Source: an uncultured bacterium
GTDB taxonomy: Bacteria > SAR324 > NAC60-12
Assembly: GCA_965662235.1 (NCBI GenBank)
Contig: CBFIGY010000042.1
Span: 1 to 22,348, forward strand
Reading direction: 5' to 3'
Length of the DNA: 22,348 nucleotides
The notes under the pieces are model-generated. The model saw only the letters and a list, made by a program, of their open reading frames with translations, did no database searches and was not told the DNA's origin. Positions 17,178 to 22,348 of the stretch are shown here, in pieces. Both the position numbers and the translations under genes were made by a program. The first letter of the stretch is position 1. Each line of letters begins with the position of its first letter.

Positions 17178-17495
17178 TCAGTCCTTGCTGGTGTTCTTGA
17201 CCAGGATTTTCAGCAACTCCGTTTGCTCACTCAGGTGAGTGTCGACCTTGTTTTCCAGTGACTCAAACCGGTGTTCGAGCGAGTCAAATCGGTTTTCCAG
17301 TGAGTCAAACTTGCTCTCCAGCGCTTGGAACCGAGTATTGGTGTCCTGCCGAAGTCCGTCTAGCCGGTCTTCGAGGGACTGAAACCGCTGGTTCATGTCG
17401 TTCCGCAGGCCTTTGACCTCTCGGTGCAGCTTGACGTCTCGTTCCACGCTGGTGTCATTGATCTCGGCGATTTTCTGGAACGACAGGCGCACCAT
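17178..17495 (-). CDS. Small coiled-coil protein with heptad repeats
   Basis: Repeats RFQSLED / RFQALES / KFDSLEN / RFDSLEH / RFESLEN. The start is uncertain (see findings). Confidence 0.75.
   Translation of the reverse strand: MVRLSFQKIAEINDTSVERDVKLHREVKGLRNDMNQRFQSLEDRLDGLRQDTNTRFQALESKFDSLENRFDSLEHRFESLENKVDTHLSEQTELLKILVKNTSKD
17248..17333. repeat. Degenerate 21-bp tandem repeat (about 4 copies) encoding [RK]FxxLEx heptads
   Basis: TTTTCCAGTGA(C/G)TCAAA recurs 42 bp apart with degenerate units between and after. Confidence 0.7.
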
Positions 17496-17840
17496 CTCGA
17501 CGAGGTTGTTTTCGTTGATCCGGGTTCGGTAAAGTGATCATGCCTTCCCCTGTGATCTGGGTGAAGTGGCGGGTTGGAACGGCAGTTGGGATGAAGCGTC
17601 CGGGGCGACGCGGGCTCCGGTTTCCCGAAACGCCTCTCTTCTGAAACCGTAACACGTTTATGGAAAGAGCACGAGCATGAATCAGGTCCCGGAGTGCCGG
17701 TGGCGTGGTGCATCCGCTCCGCTCACTCGGTGAAATCGCTCCGCTACGGGATTGAGTGGAAATTAGGTTGCTTTTTTAGAAGGCTCCCCTATTCTCCTTA
17801 ATGCTGATTTTTAGGGGGTTTTTCTGACAAAGTTTCCGGA

Positions 17841-18581
17841 ATGCTGAAAATGTTTGCAAAAACAATCTTCGCCGTCAGCTTAATCTGTTTCAGCGTCCAG
17901 GTCTGGGCGCAGGAAACGGTTCAGCTCCTGACCTACCACCTGCACCCGCCCTTCATCAATGCGCCTCAGGAAGGATTGACCTACTCGCTGGAGGGGTTTC
18001 TGAACGAACAGGCGAACGGCAAGTATCAGTTTCAGGTCGTGGAGTTGCCACGGAAGCGGCTTGATCAGGCCATTGAAGAGGACGGGCCCTGGGTGGCACT
18101 TTGGTCCAGTCCAGCCTGGTTTGGAGACGTGGAGCAGCAGCGCTACTGGTGGATCCCATTGCTGAAGGACAGCAGCGTGGTCCTTTCTCCAGCCTCAGCA
18201 CCCGTCAACTGGAAGGGACCGGAATCGTTGAAGGGGCTGACGTTTGTCGGCATGCGGGGGCACCGGTACGTTGGCATTGACCCTTTGGTGGAAGCGGGAG
18301 CGATCCAGCGCATTGACAACAACCGAGAGGAAGACATTGTGCGGATGCTGCTGAACCAACGGGCGGACGTTGGGCTCCTTCCTGGCTCGACGATGAAGTA
18401 CTTCAAGCGAAAGATGAAGCTGGAGGGCCGCATCTTCATTGCTCCTGAACCGCACTCGCAGATGACCCGACACTTCTTTGTGCCACGTTCCCGAAAGGAC
18501 CTGGCGACCTTTCTGGAGTCCATTGACTTTGCGCAGAACCTCGAATGGCAGCAGGCGCTCGTCCGGTACGGTTTCGATTGA
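17841..18581 (+). CDS. Periplasmic substrate-binding protein (family 3/PBP2-like)
   Basis: Signal peptide ending VWA-Q; PPF motif, ELPRKRL, SLKGLTFVGMRGHRY and MLLNQRADV. Start is 17841 or 17850. Confidence 0.85.
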   Translation: MLKMFAKTIFAVSLICFSVQVWAQETVQLLTYHLHPPFINAPQEGLTYSLEGFLNEQANGKYQFQVVELPRKRLDQAIEEDGPWVALWSSPAWFGDVEQQRYWWIPLLKDSSVVLSPASAPVNWKGPESLKGLTFVGMRGHRYVGIDPLVEAGAIQRIDNNREEDIVRMLLNQRADVGLLPGSTMKYFKRKMKLEGRIFIAPEPHSQMTRHFFVPRSRKDLATFLESIDFAQNLEWQQALVRYGFD

Positions 18582-18590
18582 TGGCACGGC

Positions 18591-20576
18591 ATGACTGATC
18601 GCTCCATTGCGCTGAGGGATTCCATTGGCGTGCTGCTGCTGCGGAACGTCTTTGGGGTGTACATCCTGGTGGCGGCTCTGGTCACGGCACTGCACCTTTA
18701 TGCTGAGTACCGGCACCAAAAGGAGTTGGCTCAGGAGAACCTCCTGCAAGCGGAGCTGATCCTCAAGCCGCTCTTTGCGGATGCGATGTGGCACCTGGAT
18801 CAGGCGCTGCTGGAGAAGGCCAGTCAGGGCGCCCTGAATTTTCCGAGCGTTGTGGGAGTGATGGTCCTGGGAACCGAGGAGCAGGCGCTCATCAAGTACG
18901 GAGAAATCTCTGCTGCCCACCGTGGGTTTCCGTATCGGGATGTTGATGGAAAACCCCTCCCTCAGGGGGAAGTCCGGTATGAGGACAACCTCATTGAGCA
19001 CCTCTTCATGCTGGACGATCCACTGAATCAGGAGGCTCCTGTGATTGGTCAGGTGCACCTCTACACAAGTCCTTTCATTCTGCTGGAGAAGGTCCGTTAC
19101 GCCTTTGTCCTCATCCTCTTTAATGCCCTCCTGAAGACCACTGCGCTCTGGATCGTGTTCCTCTGGTTTTCCCAGCGCCTGCTGTCTCAGCCCCTGAAGC
19201 GTCTGATTGATGCGACCACCCACCTCGACCTGGAAGACACCTCTCCTCAGCATCAGATTGAAGAGCACAGCAAGAAACGGAATGAACTGAGTGTGCTGGT
19301 GGAAACCTATAACACGATGGTGGGCCGCATCATTCAGTCCAATCAGCAGCGTCGGTGTGCTGAGGAAGCCCTCCGGGCGAGTCAGCAGCGCCTGCATTTG
19401 GCCATTGAGGTGGCTCAGCTAGGGGTGTGGGACATTCAGCTGCAGACGAGGAAGATGATTGTCAATGAGCACTGGGCCCGGATGGTTGGGTGCCAGATCG
19501 AAGACCTAGCGACGGCTCCACACCTCTGGGAATCGCGCCTGCACCCGGAGGATCGAGAGGCGGTGCTGAAGCAGGAGCAAGCGCATCTGTCTGGGGCTGC
19601 CCCAACCTTTGAGGTGGAGTACCGACTGGTGCGTCCGGACGGGTCCCTGTGCTGGGTGGCGGCTTTCGGACAGGTGGTGGAGCGGACGGAGGCTGGGGAG
19701 CCGCTACGCCTGCTGGGCATTCAGATCGACATCACGGAACGGAAGCAAGCCGAGAAGGAGCTGAAGGAACTGTATCAGGAACTCTCGGTGACGCATGAGG
19801 AAATGCAGGCGGCTCAGGCGCAGCTGCTGCACTCCGCCAAGCTTGCATCCCTTGGCGAAATGGCCACCAGCATTGCGCATGAACTGAAACAGCCTCTGAG
19901 CACCATTGGGGTCAGCAGCGACCTGCTTCTGCAGTGCTTGGCCCGTCAGGACTGGGAACGTGCAGAAAAGCAAGCGCAGCGCATTCACTCGCAAAATGAG
20001 AAGGCGATCTACATCATCCAGCACTTGCGTGAGTTTGGACGGGACTCCCGGAAGGACGCCAAGCAGCCCATGGACCTCAGTGCCTTGGTTCAGGGAGCTC
20101 AGGAGTTGTTCATCGGGCACCTCCGGAGCGAACAGGTGGAGGTGAAGCTAGAGCTGGCTCCGGCACTCCCTCCGGTAGTGGGAGATGCCATCCAGGTCGA
20201 GCAGGTCCTCACCAACCTGATCCTCAATGCGACAGACGCGATGCGGGAGCGAACGGAACGGGTCCTCACCCTCCGGACTCGGACGGTGCTTCCGGAAGAG
20301 AGCCTCTGGAAACAAGCGGCTCAACAGGACCCTCCTCTTCTTCCGAATGGGCGGACGTGGGTGGCGCTGGAGGTGTCGGACACCGGCGGCGGCATTGCAG
20401 AGGAGCACCTCATGGACATCTTCCAGTCCTTCTTCACCACCAAGCCTCCTGGTGAGGGCACCGGCCTTGGGCTCGCCATCAGCCGAGGCATCGCGGTTGC
20501 CCACGAAGGGGCGCTGCTGCTGGAAAACCACCCCGGAGTCGGGGTGACCTTCACCTTGCTATTGCCAGCGTCCTAA
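18591..20576 (+). CDS. Membrane sensor histidine kinase with HAMP and PAS domains (NtrB/DctB-like kinase core)
   Basis: Two TMs, HAMP (QPLKRL...NELSVL), PAS (GVWD...LHPEDRE...EYRL...DITERKQAE), H-box SIAHELKQPL, NLILNATDA, DTGGGI, FFTTKPPGEGTGLGL. Confidence 0.95.
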   Translation: MTDRSIALRDSIGVLLLRNVFGVYILVAALVTALHLYAEYRHQKELAQENLLQAELILKPLFADAMWHLDQALLEKASQGALNFPSVVGVMVLGTEEQALIKYGEISAAHRGFPYRDVDGKPLPQGEVRYEDNLIEHLFMLDDPLNQEAPVIGQVHLYTSPFILLEKVRYAFVLILFNALLKTTALWIVFLWFSQRLLSQPLKRLIDATTHLDLEDTSPQHQIEEHSKKRNELSVLVETYNTMVGRIIQSNQQRRCAEEALRASQQRLHLAIEVAQLGVWDIQLQTRKMIVNEHWARMVGCQIEDLATAPHLWESRLHPEDREAVLKQEQAHLSGAAPTFEVEYRLVRPDGSLCWVAAFGQVVERTEAGEPLRLLGIQIDITERKQAEKELKELYQELSVTHEEMQAAQAQLLHSAKLASLGEMATSIAHELKQPLSTIGVSSDLLLQCLARQDWERAEKQAQRIHSQNEKAIYIIQHLREFGRDSRKDAKQPMDLSALVQGAQELFIGHLRSEQVEVKLELAPALPPVVGDAIQVEQVLTNLILNATDAMRERTERVLTLRTRTVLPEESLWKQAAQQDPPLLPNGRTWVALEVSDTGGGIAEEHLMDIFQSFFTTKPPGEGTGLGLAISRGIAVAHEGALLLENHPGVGVTFTLLLPAS

Positions 20577-20676
20577 GCATTCCTTAAGCTATTTCCTGAA
20601 CCAGCGAGTGCTTGCCACCACGTCAGAACGCCTTGGAGCGTCTTGAAGTGGGTCATCCTGATTGCGTCACCGTTCC

Positions 20677-21786
20677 ATGTCTGCCTACATCCTCCGCCGT
20701 CTGTTGCTGATTGTTCCGACCCTGTTGGGCATCATGGTGGTCAACTTCTTCATTGTGCAACTGGCGCCCGGAGGTCCTGTGGAGCAGATGATTGCGCAGC
20801 TGCAGGGAAGTGCCGTCAGTGCCACGGAACGACTCACGGGAACAGGCTCCGAACTGGGGAACTCAGGGTCCGGAGGCGGTAGCGGAAGCAGCAACAGCGT
20901 CTCTGAAAAGTACCGAGGCGCACAGGGGCTGGATCCGGACCTGGTGCGGGAGATTGAGCGCATGTACGGGTTTGACAAACCGCTCCATGAGCGCTTCTGG
21001 GACATGCTGAAGAGCTACGTGGCCTTAGACTTTGGAGAGAGTTTCTTCCGGGACCGTAAGGTGACAGAGCTGGTTTGGGAAAAGCTTCCGGTCTCGGTGT
21101 CCCTTGGTGTCTGGAGCACGTTGATCGTGTACCTGGTTTGCATCCCGCTTGGGATTGCCAAGGCGATCCGGCATGGGAGCCGGTTCGACGTCTGGACCAG
21201 CACGGTTGTGATTCTGGGAAACGCCATCCCGACCTTCCTGTTTGCCATTCTGCTCATCATTCTCTTTGCCGGAGGGGAGTACTTCAGCTGGTTTCCGCTG
21301 CGGGGACTTTTTTCCGAAAACTTCTCAGAGCTGTCTTGGTGGGAGCAGATCCTGGATTACTTTTGGCACCTCGTGCTGCCGCTGTTTTCCATTCTGATTG
21401 GCAGCTTTGCCACCCTGACCATGCTCACCAAGAACTCCTTTCTGGATGAGATCAACAAGCAGTACGTCATCACGGCCCGTTCCAAGGGACTGACGGAGCG
21501 CCGGATCCTCTACCGGCATGTTTTCCGGAACGCCATGCTGATCATCATTGCTGGCTTTCCGGCAGCGTTCATTGGCATGTTCTTCACGGGATCCCTGCTG
21601 ATTGAAATCATCTTCAGCCTCGACGGGCTGGGGCTGTTGGGCTTTGAGTCTACGATTCAGCGTGACTACCCGGTGATGTTTGGAACGCTCTACATCTTCA
21701 CGCTGCTGGGGCTGGTGGTGGGACTCATCAGTGACCTCACCTACACGCTGGTGGATCCCCGAATTGACTTTGAGGCGCGGCGGTGA
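20677..21786 (+). CDS. yejB: Peptide/microcin C ABC transporter permease YejB
   Basis: [67 protein letters not shown] and DPRIDFEAR are YejB-specific. The likely start is ATG 20677. Confidence 0.92.
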   Translation: MSAYILRRLLLIVPTLLGIMVVNFFIVQLAPGGPVEQMIAQLQGSAVSATERLTGTGSELGNSGSGGGSGSSNSVSEKYRGAQGLDPDLVREIERMYGFDKPLHERFWDMLKSYVALDFGESFFRDRKVTELVWEKLPVSVSLGVWSTLIVYLVCIPLGIAKAIRHGSRFDVWTSTVVILGNAIPTFLFAILLIILFAGGEYFSWFPLRGLFSENFSELSWWEQILDYFWHLVLPLFSILIGSFATLTMLTKNSFLDEINKQYVITARSKGLTERRILYRHVFRNAMLIIIAGFPAAFIGMFFTGSLLIEIIFSLDGLGLLGFESTIQRDYPVMFGTLYIFTLLGLVVGLISDLTYTLVDPRIDFEARR

Positions 21787-22310
21787 TGAATGAGACGGAA
21801 CAAAAAATCTTGGCAGGCACCCGGGCTTGCTTGCTTGCCGAAGGGCACACCCGGACGAGTGTGAAGCGCATTGCAGAGTATGCAGGCGTGAATCATGGGC
21901 TGATTCACCACTACTTTGGGTCCAAGGAACAGCTGATCATTGAGCTGATTGAGCAGTTTCAGCAGGCGATGCACGAACGCATGACCCCCCCTCCCCCTCC
22001 GCCAGAACTCAAGCGTCCGGCGTTTCCTCCGGTCTGGCACCTCTTCAAGGAAGACAGCAACGATCGCCTGCTGGTGGAGTTTCTGGCAATGGCCACCGAG
22101 TCTCCTCGGGTGGCGGAGAAGCTCCGGGAGGTGGTGCAGTCTCGCCGAACCTACCTGCAGGGACGCTTCGGCTTGAATGCGGAGCAGTCCGCAATCCTGG
22201 CGTCGGTCATCATCGGGTCCTTGGTGCACCAGCAGCTGGATGCCAATTTTCCCATGGAAACCGTCGTGCAGCAGGTGCTTGCGTCCTTTCAACAAGAACC
22301 GGTGTCCTGA
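21783..22310 (+). CDS. TetR/AcrR-family transcriptional regulator
   Basis: N-terminal [30 protein letters not shown]. Start overlaps the yejB stop (GTGATG). Confidence 0.93.
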   Translation: MMNETEQKILAGTRACLLAEGHTRTSVKRIAEYAGVNHGLIHHYFGSKEQLIIELIEQFQQAMHERMTPPPPPPELKRPAFPPVWHLFKEDSNDRLLVEFLAMATESPRVAEKLREVVQSRRTYLQGRFGLNAEQSAILASVIIGSLVHQQLDANFPMETVVQQVLASFQQEPVS

Positions 22311-22348
22311 GACTGCTGCTCAGGAGGGCCACCGGACGACCTCGAACT

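Noticed and set aside
17248..17333. Possible CRISPR-like repeat array
   Set aside because: The 21-bp in-frame coding repeats have no unique spacers, and no cas genes are present.
20835..20900. Gly/Ser-rich low-complexity stretch in YejB
   Set aside because: A variable Gly/Ser-rich loop before YRGAQGLDP is usual for YejB proteins.

Overview
GC-rich (roughly 60% by eye), densely coding bacterial chromosomal window; the gene styles suggest a Gram-negative deltaproteobacterium/SAR324-like organism (inference only). Left to right: (i) a minus-strand OmpR-family regulator, HAMP sensor kinase, periplasmic adaptor, RND permease and the start of an ABC ATPase; (ii) three small hypothetical genes; (iii) a minus-strand run of zapA, 6S RNA, a XerD-like gene, a FabF-like ketosynthase, ACP, type III PKS, ICMT-family methyltransferase and lutC, in which the last six genes are chained by overlapping stop/start codons; (iv) a hypothetical gene plus rbgA, a gamma-glutamyltransferase and a heptad-repeat protein; (v) a solute-binding protein with a PAS kinase, a lone yejB and a TetR regulator. 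The most interesting items are a full-length XerD-like protein with three catalytic residues replaced that heads a KS-ACP-type III PKS-O-methyltransferase lipid cluster, and an RND adaptor that lacks its alpha-helical hairpin with no outer-membrane factor in view. I saw no CRISPR array, rRNA, tRNA or transposase.
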